Assembly: GCA_001940855.1 (NCBI GenBank)
Contig: MSGS01000031.1
Location: 86,867-150,866, forward strand
Length of the DNA stretch: 64,000 bases
Source of the DNA: Christensenellaceae bacterium Phil1
GTDB lineage: Bacteria; Bacillota; Clostridia; Christensenellales; CAG-138
Direction: 5' to 3'
The number at the start of each line of letters is the position of its first letter. The stretch's first letter is position 1. The notes below the pieces were generated by a model, which worked only from the letters and a program-made list of their open reading frames with translations, made no database searches and was not told where the DNA came from. Positions 50,201-64,000 of the stretch are shown piece by piece. A program made the translations under genes and the position numbers.

Positions 50201-53200
50201 GTCCTATTTTGCAAGCAGAAGCTTATTTTGTGCTGAGCGACTTTATAGCGTCCCGTGCAAGCTTATCGCAGCGGTTGTTGTTTTCGTTGTCGCTGTGACC
50301 TTTAACCTTAATAAATCTGACTTTGTGCGTGCTTGTCAAATCTATAAGCGTCTGCCAAAGATCCTGATTTTCAACCGGTTTTCCTGCGGCGGTTTTCCAG
50401 CCGTTGGCTATCCAGCCGTCAAGCCATGCTTCATTGAAGGAACGGCAAAGATACGCGCTGTCTGTATACAGGTCAACCTTGCAGGACTCCTTTAGTGCAT
50501 TCAGCGCCTCGATGGCGGCCGTGAGCTCCATGCGGTTGTTCGTGGTGTCAGCACAGGCGCCGCTCAGTTCCTTCCTGAAGGATCCGTATATTAATACGGC
50601 CCCCCAGCCACCGGGGCCGGGATTGCCGGAGCACGCGCCGTCGGTATATATGGTCAATTCTTTCACAATAATGTCTCCTCAAACTTTTTTGAACCCGAAA
50701 ATTATACCATATATAAGCATTTTTGACCACCCAAACAGCCTATATAGATTTTTTTGCAAAAAATGTGTTGACATTCTGAGAGAAATGCGGTATAGTATCA
50801 CCTGTCGCTGAGAGCGAACGGTGCTTCGGGGTGTAGCGCAGTCCGGTAGCGCACGTGCTTTGGGAGCATGGGGCCGGGGGTTCAAATCCCTTCACCCCGA
50901 CCAAATATTATATGGCCCCTTGGTCAAGCGGTCTAAGACACCGCCCTTTCACGGCGGTAACAGGAGTTCGAGTCTCCTAGGGGTCACCACTTCCCATCTC
51001 AGCGATGGGCGTTAAGAAATGGGCCTTTAGCTCAGTTGGTCAGAGCGGTCGGCTCATAACCGATTGGTCCGGGGTTCGAGTCCCTGAAGGCCCACCATTT
51101 TCTTAGCAGCGAACTTTTGAAATTGTGGCCCGGTGGTGCAGTTGGTTAGCACGTCAGCCTGTCACGCTGAAGGTCAGGGGTTCGAGCCCCCTTCGGGTCG
51201 CCAAATTTTTGCCTCGGTAGCTCAGCTGGTAGAGCAAGGGACTGAAAATCCCTGTGTCGGTGGTTCGACTCCACTCTGAGGCACCATATGCCATTACAGT
51301 GTTTGCTGGTGTAGCTCAATTGGCAGAGCAGCTGATTTGTAATCAGCAGGTTGCGGGTTCAAGTCCCTTCACCAGCTCCATTGATAAATGATTTGCCGTG
51401 GATGGGTTCCCGAGCGGCCAAAGGGAGCGGACTGTAAATCCGTTGTCACAGACTACGATGGTTCGAATCCATCCCCATCCACCAATATTCGCGGGAATGG
51501 CGGAATTGGCAGACGCGCACGGTTCAGGTCCGTGTGAGGGCGACTTCATGCAGGTTCAAGTCCTGTTTCCCGCACCAGAAAAGGCTTCAATAGATTTGAA
51601 GCCTTTTCTTTTTCCCTGATAAATTGCACCACTCCCCTGCCATGTCATCCTGTTCTAAACGGATGCAAGGTGTAGAAATCAAAAAAACGGAGGAAACAAA
51701 AGATTGTGGGTATTGGCATAGTTGATCTTTTACTTGTTGCGGTAGCACTTTCGATGGATGCGTTTGCGGTTGCGGTGTCCAGCGGTATAGTGTCCGATTC
51801 GCCAAACTGGAAAAACATAGTTAAGCTTGCTTTCTTCTTTGGCTTCTTCCAGTTCCTTATGCCTGTTATAGGTTGGCTCCTGGGCAACGGCGTAAGCACA
51901 TATATTGAAAAGATAGATCACTGGGTGGCGTTCGGGCTGCTGGCGTTTATAGGCGTAAGAATGATAATCGAGGCTGCTAAAGGCGGCGATGACGAAAAGC
52001 ATGTAAATGATCAGTTCGGGACGAAGAATCTATTCGTTATGGCCGTTGCCACCAGCATAGATGCTCTTGCGGTAGGCATAAGCTTTGCGCTCGCCGGCGT
52101 GCAAATATGGTCCTCCTCCGCTATCATCGGCTGCGTCACGTTCACCATATCCGCTATAGGCGTGCTCATAGGCAAGAAAGTCGGCTCAATATTTGAAAAA
52201 AGCGCGGGCATACTTGCGGGAATAATACTTATAGGTATAGGCGTAAAGATACTGATAGAGCATATGGCATAATGCTTTTTGAAACATTACTTGAATATGT
52301 GCCGCAAATATTTCGGCAAAATATTCAAAACAATGGTTGACAAATTGATGCGTTAGTGCTAATATATCTAAGGTCGCTGGTGCGACTGGAATCGTCTGGG
52401 TGTGGCGCAGTTTGGTAGCGTGCTTGAATGGGGTTCAAGAGGCCGGAAGTTCGAATCTTCTCACCCAGACCACCAAAAACCTGTTATCTGACAGATGGCA
52501 GGTTTTCTTTTTATCCTCTCCCCTGCTATGTTATGCTTAGAGTGATTGAGATATAAGGACTAAAATCGCCATTATGAGATGGCGCAAGCGCAAGGCGGAC
52601 AAAAATCCAGTATCAAATATATAAAAAACTGTGAGCGCCCTGTTGGGGCTTTTAATATAAATAGGTGAGGACCGGCAGCAATACCGGTCCTTTTGATGTT
52701 TAGGCTTACAGATCGTAATACTTCTGGAATTCCGCCGGATGAGGAATGCGGGCGATAGCCTCAGCCTCCTTGCGCTTACGCTGTATCCATATTTTGATAA
52801 GTCTTTCGGGGAATACACCGCCGCGGGTTAGGAATTCATGGTCGCTCTCCAGCGCGTCCAGGGCTTCCTCAAGACTCTTGGGCAGGCCTTTTATTTTAGC
52901 TTTTTCCTCATCGCTCAAATCGAACAGATTGAAGTCAAACGGCCCCCAGCCCATCGCATGCGGGTCTATCTTGTTGGCTATTCCGTCAAGGCCTGCCATA
53001 AGTATTGCGGCATAAGCGTAATACGGGTTGCAGGTAGCATCGGGATTCCTAAGCTCAAATCGCTTTGCTTTGGGGGATTTGGCATAAGCGGGTATGCGCA
53101 CAACGGCGCTCCTGTTTGCCATGGCATAGCCTATGGTAACAGGCGCTTCAAAGCCCGGAACAAGGCGGCGGAAAGAATTTGTGGAAGGGTTGGTTATGCC

Positions 53201-56200
53201 GCATATGGCGCCGGCATGGGCCAGTAGGCCACCGATGAACCACAGCGCTTCGTCAGAAAGCTGAGCATAGCCCTTTTCATCATAGAAAACGGGTTCGCCG
53301 TTTTTCAGCAGCAGCATATGCACATGCATGCCGTTGCCCGCTTCGTCGCGCACGGGCTTGGGCATAAGCGTTGCGGTCTTGCCGGCCTGTGCCGCGGCAT
53401 TCTTTATTATGTATTTAACGGTCATGGTAGCGTCTGCCATCTTGGTCATTTCACCAAGCTCAACTTCTATTTCAAGCTGTCCGCAGCCACCGACTTCATG
53501 ATGATGGTACTTTACGCCAACGCCCATATCCTCAAGCATAAGGCACATGCGGGAGCGCAGGTCGCTGGTTATATCCTGCGGCTTATCTATATGATATCCG
53601 CCCTTATGCGGCGTCTGGTAGCCGTTATTGTCATAAGGATTGCCGCTGTTCCAGTCCGCTTCCTGCGTGTCAACTGTATAGCCTACGCTGTGCGGCAGGG
53701 TTTGATAGCTTACGTTATCGAATACATGGAACTCAAATTCAGGCCCTATAATCATCTCATCCGCTATGCCCGTTTCCTGCATATATGCTATGGCGCACTT
53801 TGCAACGTTTCTTGGGTACTGATCAAAGGGGCGGTTGTCCGGCCTGTCTATTATCATAACATCGCCCGTCATCGTGAGCGTGGGCACCGTGGCAAACGGA
53901 TCGAGGGCGGCTGTAGCAAGATCAGGTATAAACACCATGTCGCTGTTTTCAACGGGCGCGTAGCCATAGTTGCTGCCGTCAAAGCCTATGCCGTAGGTCA
54001 GCGTGTCCTCGGTAAGCCGCTGCTGGGGGATGAGTATATGGCGCCAGCGGCCGTCTATGTCGGTCATTTTGAAATCTATCATCTTAACATCATTGGCTTT
54101 GATAAATTCCTTAACTTCGTTCAGGGTTGAAAACATGTTTGTCCTCCTTATCGCTATGACAATGGGTTATAATAAACCGCAAGCTATTGCTTTGACTTAT
54201 ACGAACATAAGCACTGCTTGCATACTTAAGTATAGCATTCATTTGCCGCGCGGTCAAAGGAATCGGGCATTATATATAATCTATTAAAATAAGGCGGGGC
54301 ATGCTTTGCCCTGCCTTATCGCGTATGGATATGCATATATGCATCAAAGCATTATGCATATCAGTCCGGAGCAGCCGTTATTGACCATTTTCTCAACTGT
54401 ATCATGCAGCCGTTGCTGCACGTTTTCAGGCATAGCATTTACCTTTACAGCCATGCTTTCGCGTATCATATCCCTTAGGGATTTGCCGAAAATATCCGTC
54501 TGCCAAAGCTTCTGCGGGTCTTTTTCAAACGTTTCCATAAGATATGCCATGAACGCTTCGCTTTGCTCCTCCGTGCCTACCAGCGGCGCTACTTCGGACG
54601 CTATATCAACCTTTATTATGTGCAGACCGCTTGCCTTGGCCCTGAGCCGTACTCCGAAGCGGTTACCCTGGCGCACAATTTCCGGTTCTTCCAGCATCAT
54701 TTCATCCAGCTCCGGCGGCACCATGCCGTAGCCCGTGCTCTTGGCGCACCTGAGCGCGCCCTCTATGCGGTCATATTCCTTTTTCGCTGCCACAAAGGAT
54801 TTTATGGATGCCACAAGATGCGCATCGTCCTTTATTTCATAGCCACATTCCTCGCCAAGTATTTTATAGAACATGCTGCTTACCGGGCGCAGTTCTATCG
54901 ATATTTCGCCGCTGCCGAGCGATACTTGTTCAAGCCTTGGCGCTTCGTAATCCTCAATATCGCTGAGCATGGAGCATATGCTGCCGTAGTCGCGCATTTT
55001 TGCCACGCTGTCTATGGCATTGAGCGGCTCGGTTATGCGCTTCACAAGATAATGCTCCGCGCCAAGTTCGCACACCCAATCCGGTATGTTTATGGATATT
55101 GAATGAACGGGGAATTCCATAAGCACGGTTTCAAGCACGCTGTAAAGCTGCTCCGCGTTTAGGCTAAGCACATCAAGCGCCTTTACCGGAACACCGTATT
55201 TATCCTGCATTGCGGCTGCAAGGGCCTGCGTTTCCGCGTCCTGGGGGTGCACGCTGTTTAGTATTACGGCAAACGGTTTCCCCTGCTCTTTCAGCTCGTT
55301 CACAACGCGCTCTTCGGCCGGAATATAATCCTCGCGTGATATCTGCGTTATGCTGCCGTCCGTGGTCATAACTATGCCTATCGTGGAATGATCGGTTATT
55401 ACTTTGCGCGTGCCTATTTCGGCAGCACGGTCGAACGGCATCTCCTCCTCGCTCCAGGGTGTGCGTACCATGCGGGGCATGTTGTCCTCCTCGTGGCCTA
55501 CCGCGCCCTTTACCATGTATCCAACGCAGTCTACAAGGCGTATACGGCATTTTGCGTCGTCACCTATGGTCAGCTCCGCCGCCTCGTTTGGCACAAAGCT
55601 GGGCTGTGTGGTCATTATCGTACGGCCCGCCGCGCTTTGCGGCAGTTCATCCGTAAGGCGCGCGCGTTCATATTCATCGGTTATTGTCGGTATAACAAGC
55701 ATATCCATGAATCGCTTGATAAAAGTTGATTTGCCCGTGCGCACTGGGCCGACAACACCAATATAGATATCCCCTCCGGTGCGCGCGGCAATGCTTGAAT
55801 ACAGCTCATTTCTATCCATATAAAAGGCTCCTTCCCCTTAGGCTTATAAAGCTTATCTATGGAAAAATATATGTGCCGCGTTTCCGTTTAATGCAAAACC
55901 CGCCAATATGGCGGGTAAATGTTTGGTTATTTTATTATATCTCCGGCTTTGTCTTGCCCCTTACGTTCAGCCTGATAGGCGTTTGCGTAAGGCCGAAGGA
56001 TTTGCGGAAGAAGTTTTCAAGATAACGTTTATACGAAAAATGCATAAGGTCGGGATCGTTGACGAACAGCACGAACGTGGGCGGGTTGGTAGAAGGCTGA
56101 GTGCCGTAATATATCCTAAGCCTTCTGCCTTTATCGGAAGGCGGCTCGGTAACGGATATAGCCTCGGCTATTATGTCGTTCAGCGTGCCTGTGGATATGC

Positions 56201-59200
56201 GCGCGCAGTTCTGGCGGTATGCTTCGTTTGCAACCTCCATAACCTTGTTCACACGCTGCCCCGTAAGTGCGGATATGAATATCATCGGCACATAATCCAT
56301 GAATGCAAGGTCAACGGCCAGTTTTTTCTTAAATTCGTTCATGGTGTGGGTATCCTTCTCAATAAGGTCCCATTTGTTTACCACAAGGACACTCGCTTTG
56401 CCCTCTTCATGAACGTAGCCAGCGATGCGCACATCCTGCTCGCTTAGACCCTGTTCGGCATCCACTACTATGAGCGCGATATCGCATCGGCGTATGGCGG
56501 CAAGCGAACGTATAACGCTGTATCGCTCTATGCTTTCATCCTCGATAGAGCGCTTGCGGCGTATGCCTGCCGTATCGACCAATATGTAATCCTTATCGCC
56601 AAACCTGAAGGGAGAGTCGATAGCGTCCCTTGTGGTGCCGGGTATGTTGCTCACTATTGTGCGCTCATCGCCAAGCAGCGCGTTTACAAGGCTGGATTTA
56701 CCAACGTTGGGCTTTCCTACCACGGCAACGCGGGTGGCCTCTCCCTCATCTTCTCCGGCGTGCTCAGGGAAATGCGCAACAACTTCGTCTATCACATCGC
56801 CAAGGCCAAGCCCCTGCTCGGCGGATATTGTTATAGGCTCGCCTATGCCAAGCTCATAAAAATCATATAACGCATCGGCATACTTTGGATGGTCTATCTT
56901 ATTTACCGCCAGCACTACAGGCTTTTTGGAACGGCGCAGCATTTCGGCAACCTCAACATCTGCTGCAGTCAGCCCTTCGCGGCCGTCTACTATGAATATT
57001 ATAACGTCCGCTGTCTCTATTGCCAGTTCGGCCTGCCTGCGCATCTGCTTGCTTATTATGTCCTCCCGCATCGGCTCTATGCCGCCGGTATCTATAAGCG
57101 TGAACGAATGGGTGAGCCATTCGCCGTCTGCATATATCCTGTCGCGTGTAACGCCGGGCGTATCTTCAACTATCGCTATGCGCTTTCCTGTTATTTTGTT
57201 GAAAAACGTGGACTTGCCCACGTTCGGGCGGCCAACTACGGCCACAAGCGGCTTTGCCATATTATTTCTCCTCGTTTAACCTGTCAAACAGGCTGTATAA
57301 AAATTCTTCGCCGTCGGCGGCGCACATGGGCCACAGCGGCATTCCCATTTCGGCTGCAAGCCAGTCCGTATCCCTTCCGTCAAGGAAAACGCTGTCGCGC
57401 TCTCTTAACATATCGTCAGGAATAAGCAATGCGTCGGCTTTGCTGCCACTTAGCTGCTTTGCGATATCCGTTGCGGTCACAAGGCCGGAAACGGTTATCG
57501 TATGGCCAAAGAAGTTGTTTTCTATGCTGTGCAGCGTAAGCTCAATGCCGTAAGGCTTCAGCTTATCGAAAAGCTTCTGTAAAAAATTGCGTGCGGACAT
57601 GCCCGTTGCGCCTATAAGTTTCACGTTTCTTTTCAGCGGCTGTATTTCCTTCAGCGCCTCATTGAAGCCATGCTCAAACTGGCGCATAAGCCCTACGCCG
57701 TTTTCAATCTGCAAAAATTCGCCGTAGCTTTCATAGCTTGGCAGTTCGCGGCCGGCTATCATATACATTTCGTCGGAAGCGTATACAAAGCCTTCCTCGC
57801 CGCGCGCCTCAACGGCCGCATTAAAGCTTTCCGTATAATCAATTATATCCGATGCTTCCTGTTTTGTCAGCAGTCTCAGCGGATATAATCCTTCGCGGAA
57901 TTTGGTTATGCCAACCGGCACGAGCGCAAGCGTTTTTGTCGCCGGACGGAGAGCATAAAGATCATTTAGGCTTTTTTTCAGCACGTCTCCATCGTTAAGA
58001 CCGGGACATACAACTATCTGCCCATGGAAGCAGAGACCGTGCTCCTTCAGCGCTGTAAGCCGCTCCATTATGCGCGCGGCGGAAGGGTTTGCCATCATGC
58101 GTGTGCGCACGGCGCCGTCCGTAGCGTGGATAGAAACATACAGCGGGCTTACCCTGCGCCTGAGAATACGGTCGAACTCTTTGTCATCCACGTTTGTAAG
58201 GCTGACATAGTTGCCCATTATGAGCGAAAGCCGCCAGTCGTCGTCCTTAAAATGCAGCGTATCGCGTCCGCCCTTGGGCATTTGGTCTATAAAGCAGAAT
58301 ACGCATTTGTTTTTGCAGCTTCTTACCTTGCTCATCAGTCCGCTTTCAAAATATATGCCAAGCGGTTCGTATTCCTCTTTATCAACTTCTGCGGTAACTA
58401 TCTTGCCGCTTTTTGTTTCCAGCTCAAGCGTAACGTGCGTTTCTGCCGTAAGCTGTTCGTAATCTATAACGTCATCAACGTCCTCGCCGTTTATACGCAA
58501 CAAGAAGAAGCCGGGTTTGATGCCCAGCTCCTCCGCTATGGAATCATTGTCTACTGCTATTATTCTTTGGCGCATATCAATCCTGTGCGTCGTCTCCACC
58601 TTCCATATCGTCCGATGCTTCGCTGGGCGCGGCGGAAAGCGCCTTACGCAGCTTAGCCTCTATTTCATCGCAAAGTTCGCTGTTGTCTTTAAGGAACAGC
58701 CTTGCATTATCGCGTCCCTGCGCCATGCGCATATCGCCATAGTAATACCATGCGCCGGATTTGGATATTATCTTGTTGGCTATTGCCAAATCAAGCACGG
58801 AGCTTTCCTTGGATATACCTTCGCCGTAGATTATATCGAATTCGGCGGTTTTGAACGGAGGCGCAACCTTATTCTTTACCACTTTTATGCGGGTGCGGTT
58901 GCCAACGACCTCGCTGCCGTTCTTAATTGAATCTATGCGGCGCACGTCAAGGCGTATGGATGCATAGAACTTGAGCGCACGGCCGCCGGTTGTGGTTTCG
59001 GGATTGCCGAACATTACGCCAACCTTTTCGCGCAGCTGGTTTATGAATACCAATATGGTATTGGACTTTGAAATAATGCCGGTCATTTTCCTGAGGGCTT
59101 GGCTCATAAGCCTTGCCTGAAGGCCAACGTGGCTGTCCCCCATGTCGCCCTCTATCTCCGCTTTGGGAACGAGCGCTGCAACAGAGTCGATTACAACAAC

Positions 59201-62200
59201 GTCCATTGCGCCGCTGCGCACCAGCGTTTCGCATATTTCAAGGGCGTCTTCACCGGTATCCGGCTGGGATACATAAAGCTCGTCCACGTCAACGCCAAGG
59301 TTTTCGGCATATACAGGGTCAAGTGCATGCTCAGCATCTATAAACGCTGCGGTACCGCCAAGCTTTTGCGCTTCTGCAATTATGTGCAGCGCAATGGTGG
59401 TTTTACCGGATGATTCGGGGCCGTATATCTCTATTATTCTGCCGCGGGGAATGCCGCCCACACCAAGCGCAAAGTCCAGTTCCAAGCAGCCGGAAGGTAT
59501 AGTGGATACGGATATTTTCGATGCCGCATCGCCAAGCCTCATTATGGCTCCCTTACCGAAGTCTTTCTCAATCTGGCTCAATGCCATTTCCAACGCTTTT
59601 GCTTTTTCCATTGCCATAGTGCTTTGTTTCCGTCCTTTCGCCGACTTTTTCCTACAAGGAAATTATAACATATACTATTACGCTTGTACAGTACCTAATT
59701 ATAAAATGTTTCTCCGAAGGATATCGAGCGCATGAAGACTTGCCATGCTGCGTATGCGTTCGCGGCTGCCGGTTAGCTGCAACCGTTTGGTGAAGCTTTT
59801 ATCCTTTGAAGAGAAACCTATATACACAGTGCCTACGGGGTTATCTTCTGTCCCTCCGTCAGGGCCGGCGAATCCGGTCGTTGCTACGCCTATGTCGGCT
59901 CCGCTTGAAGTGCGTATGCCTTCGGCCATCTCTGCAGCGGTTTGTGCGCTTACTGCATCGTACTCATCAAGTGTGGCTTGCTTTACGCCCAGCCTATGCA
60001 TCTTGGATTCGTTTGAATAAGTAACGCAGCCTTCTTTGAACCACGCGGAGCTGCCCGGCACGGAAACAAGCTTTGAGCATATCATTCCGCCGGTGCAGCT
60101 TTCGGCAACGGCTAAAGTAAGTCCTTTTTGCACGAAAAGGCGCGCGACTTCTTCATGCAGTTCAAGTCCATCCTCAGAATAGATATATTCGCCTATGCGG
60201 CGCTTAACTTCGGCTATCATGGGGGCCATTATGGCATCCGCATCTTCGCCCGCGCGGCAGCGCGCAGTTACGCGCAGCTTCATTTCTCCGTTAAGTGCAT
60301 ACGGCGCTATGGTTGGGTTGGTCTGACTTGCCATGATGTCCTTCAGTTCGTATTCAACGCTGGATTCACCCTTGCCAAATATCCTGAGCATCTTTGATTT
60401 AAGCATATAGCCGCTGCGCTTTTCAAGATACGGCAGCACGCTTGCCTCAAACATGGGCACCATTTCATTCGGCGGGCCGGGCATGAGTATTGCGGCCTTT
60501 GCTTCGGTTTCAACTATGCAGCCGGGTGCCGTGCCGTTGGGGTTAGGCAATATGATACATCCTTCCGGGAAATAAGCCTGCTTTACGTTGTTGGGCGTCA
60601 TTTCATGGCCGCGTTTGGCAAAGCGGGCTTTGATATACTCAAGCGATGCTTCGTCAAGCACCAGTTTTTTGCTGAATGCATCGGAAACCGTTTCTTTAGT
60701 CAAATCGTCTGCCGTGGGGCCGAGACCGCCTGTCAATATAACTATGTCCGCGCGGCGCAACGCACCGTGTACGGCTTCGACCAGCCTATCGTGATTATCG
60801 CCAACGGTGGTCTGTAAATAGCAGTCTATGCCAAGATCGGCCAAACGCTGGGAAATATACTGGGCGTTTGTATTTACAATGTTGCCCATAAGCAATTCCG
60901 TACCTACGGAAATAAGCTCTGCTGACATATGCGCTCCTCCTTACGCGGCCTTGGCGGCGCGGTTGGTTTTAACTATATAATCTATGCAGCTCCATATTGC
61001 AAGCGCCACGGATATCCAAATGATTATCTGATCGACAGGAACGCCGCATTTTACAAACACGGGGTTAAGGAACAGCATAAGCGTTATGCCTATGAACTGC
61101 GTAAGCGTTTTAAGTTTGCCCAAGGGGCCTGCGGCTATTACTATATTTTTGTTTGCATATATAAGGCGAAAGCCGCTTATTACGAACTCGCGCGATATGG
61201 TGATAAGCGTGGCTATTGGCGAAAGCAGGCCGACTGCGGTTAGCATTATCATAGCGGCGGCGGAAAGAATCTTGTCCGCAATGGGGTCCATCAGCTTGCC
61301 AAAGTCGGTAACTATATTCATGCGGCGCGCTATTTGCCCGTCGAGCATATCCGTAAGATATGCTATAACGAACAGAGCGCCTGCAAGATACATGCTCCAG
61401 CTTACCGGAATATAAAAGCATGCGACAAACACCGGTGTAAGCACCATTCTGGTTATGGTAAGCTTGTTGGGAAGGTTCATTTTACAAATTCTCCTTTCAG
61501 ATCATATGCGGATGCATCCGTTATTTTTGCATATATAAAGTCGCCCGGCTTTACGCAGACAGGAACGTTTTTTATCTTTATTATGCCGTCCACATCCGGC
61601 GCTTCCGCGTAGCTTCTGCCGTAGCAGGCGTCCTTATCCACCCGCTCTATAAGCACTTCGTATTCCTTGCCTATGCGCTTTTTGTTTAGTTCAAGCGATA
61701 CTGTCTGCTGCATACGCATTATCTTATCTAGCCTTGCATTTGCGGTAGCCTCGTCTATTTGGCCGTCCATAAGCGCGGCCTTGGTGCCGTCCTCGGGGCA
61801 GAACGCAAACGCGCCAACCCTATCGAACGGTTCATTTTTAAGAAAACCATACAGCAGCTTAAACTGCTCCTCGGTTTCCCCGGGGAAACCGAGCATAACG
61901 GTGGTACGCAGTATAAAATCGGGCGATGCTTCGCGTATATAGCGGGTTATGCGGCGAATATGCTCCGCAGAGCCGTGGCGGTTCATGGTTTCAAGCATAA
62001 CGGGATCGATATGCTGAATTGGCATATCTATATAGCGCACTATCTTTTCATTGCTGAGCATTGTGTCTACCAGCTTTTCCGTAACCGTGTTAGGATAAGC
62101 ATACAGCACCCGCAGCCACTTTATGCCATCTATTATGGATAGCTCATTCAGCAGTTCTGCCAGCTTGGGTTCGCCGTATATATCGGAACCGTATGCGGAA

Positions 62201-63999
62201 GTGTCCTGCGCTATCAGCGTAAGCTCCTTAACTCCGCCTGCCGCAAGTGCCTGCGCTTCCTCAACAAGCTTTTCTATCGGCACGCTGCGCCTGCCGCCGC
62301 GAATCAGCGGTATTGCGCAATATGTGCAGCGGTTGTCGCACCCGTCCGCAATGCGGAGATAGGCGCTGTATTTAGGCGTGGATAGCATACGCGCTCCGCT
62401 GTATGCGCAGCCGCACTGCATGCCGACCAATGCGCATATCGCGTCCGCAAGCTCCTTATGCTTGCCAACGCCCCAAAATAGATCGACCTCGGGCAGACTT
62501 TCGCGCAATTCCTCGGGGTACCTTTGACTGAGACAGCCAGAGACAACAAGCTTTGCACCGTCCTTCCTGTCCCGCGCGGCTTCAAGGATTGTGTTTATCG
62601 ATTCTTCCTTTGCGGAAGCTATAAAGCCGCATGTATTTACAACGATAACATCTGTATCCTTTTCATCAGATGTTATATCAAACCCGGCGTCCCTAAGGCA
62701 GCCGAGTATAAGCTCGGAATCGACAAGATTCTTTGAACATCCAAGGGATATCATCCCGGCCTTATGTTTCTTCATCGGTGGTATTTACCTCGCTTTCGCC
62801 CGTTTCATTCTCGCTTTGGCTTGCGGCGGCAGTGCCCGTGCCGAAGCGCCGCTCAAATTCCGCCCTGTCTATCAGCAGCTTTCTTGCCTTGCTTCCGTCA
62901 AAACCGGAAACTATCTTCTGCTGCTCCATTATGTCTATCAGCCTTGCCGCGCGCGCGTAGCCCACGCGGAGCCTGCGCTGTATCATGGATATAGAAGCCT
63001 GCCCGCTGTCCATAACTATGCGCACGGCCTCCGGCAGAAGCTCGTCCTCCTGCTTGCCGTTACCGTGGGCCGGACCCTGAACGGCGTCGCTCGTTATTCG
63101 GTCAAAAGCTTCTTCCTCAAGCGGCGGCTGAGTATTTGTCTGTGCGAAGAAATCCATAACGCGCTCAACTTCCTCGTCCGAAACAAATGCGCCCTGCGCG
63201 CGTATGGGTTTGCTTGCGCCGTTTGCGTGGAACAGCATATCGCCCTTGCCCAGCAGCTTCTCGGCGCCGGTTGTATCGAGTATTACGCGGGAATCAACGC
63301 CTGATGACACCGCGAACGCTATCCGTGAAGGTATGTTTGCCTTTATGAGACCCGTTATGATGTCCGTAGACGGTCTTTGCGTTGCAACTATAAGATGCAC
63401 GCCTGCCGCGCGGCCAAGCTGCGCAATGCGGCAGATGGAATCCTCAACATCTTTTGCCGCGACCATCATAAGGTCGGCTAACTCGTCTATCACAACAACA
63501 AGCTTGGGAAGCCGTTCGCTTTCTTCCACCAATGCATTATAGCGTGCAAGGTCGCGTGCGTTTACCTTGGCCATGTTCTGATAGCGCTGCTCCATTTGCA
63601 GCACGGCCCATTTTAGTGCGCCGGCGGCCTTCTTAGGATCTGTCACGACGGGCAGCATTAGATGCGGCAGCGGTGCATATACGCGCATTTCAACTACCTT
63701 GGGATCTATAAGTACCAGCCGGAGATCGCTTGGCGAGGCTTTGTATACCATGCTCAGCAATATATCGTTTATGCAAACGCTTTTGCCCGAACCCGTTGCG
63801 CCGGCGATGAGCAGATGCGGCATCTTTTCAAGATTGGCGCAAACTATGCGCCCGGCTATATCCTTGCCCAGCGCAAAGGAGATTGGCGAACGTTCTGACT
63901 GGAACTCCTTTGATTCTATGACCTCGCGCAGCAATACCTGAGCGGCATTTTTATTGGGAATCTCTATACCTATTGCCGCCTTGCCGGGTATTGGCGCCT

Positions 64000-64000
64000 C
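64000..64000. other. placeholder Confidence 0.

Overview
This window is a chromosomal segment from a spore-forming Clostridia-class Firmicute. The marker evidence is SpoIVA, PrkC with PASTA repeats, an HrcA/CIRCE heat-shock operon, a Cheo-type LexA box, and sortase and dockerin signals. Most of it is densely packed housekeeping synteny. In order: hemW', hrcA-grpE-dnaK-dnaJ, HIT-mtaB-rsmE-prmA (minus strand), priA-def-fmt-rsmB-rlmN-stp-prkC-rsgA-rpe, glmM, glyQS, miaB-ylbF-mutS-mutL-miaA-hfq-ynbB, lexA, xerC-like, rnhA, mntP, glnA, spoIVA, der-DUF512-recA-cinA-pgsA-rimO-ftsK'. There are three tRNA loci with 11 tRNAs, each with a readable sigmaA-type promoter and an intrinsic terminator.

The one clearly accessory block is about 25.1-37.4 kb. 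A textbook cobalamin riboswitch with its own terminator precedes a tightly coupled seven-gene operon of about 12 kb. The operon has no canonical B12 transporter (no BtuFCD, ECF-CbrT or BtuM). Instead it encodes three proteins carrying transcobalamin-like beta domains (DUF4430). Each is tethered differently: by a lipobox, by a type-I dockerin, and by a sortase signal. One of the three also has an N-terminal alpha/alpha-toroid, and another has a 7-8-bladed beta-propeller. The operon also holds a MacB/FtsX-type ABC pair, a tail-anchored PEGA/CARDB-like surface protein and a Cys-rich DUF2284 protein. I read this as a candidate, apparently uncharacterised, Gram-positive surface corrinoid capture/relay system. 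That is an inference, not a demonstration.

The second item of note is a GC-rich structured RNA of about 175 nt, enclosed exactly between tRNA-Val and tRNA-Gln in one transcription unit. It folds as a 6S-like rod with a central bubble.

All family and domain calls come from reading motifs by eye. No database search was run.
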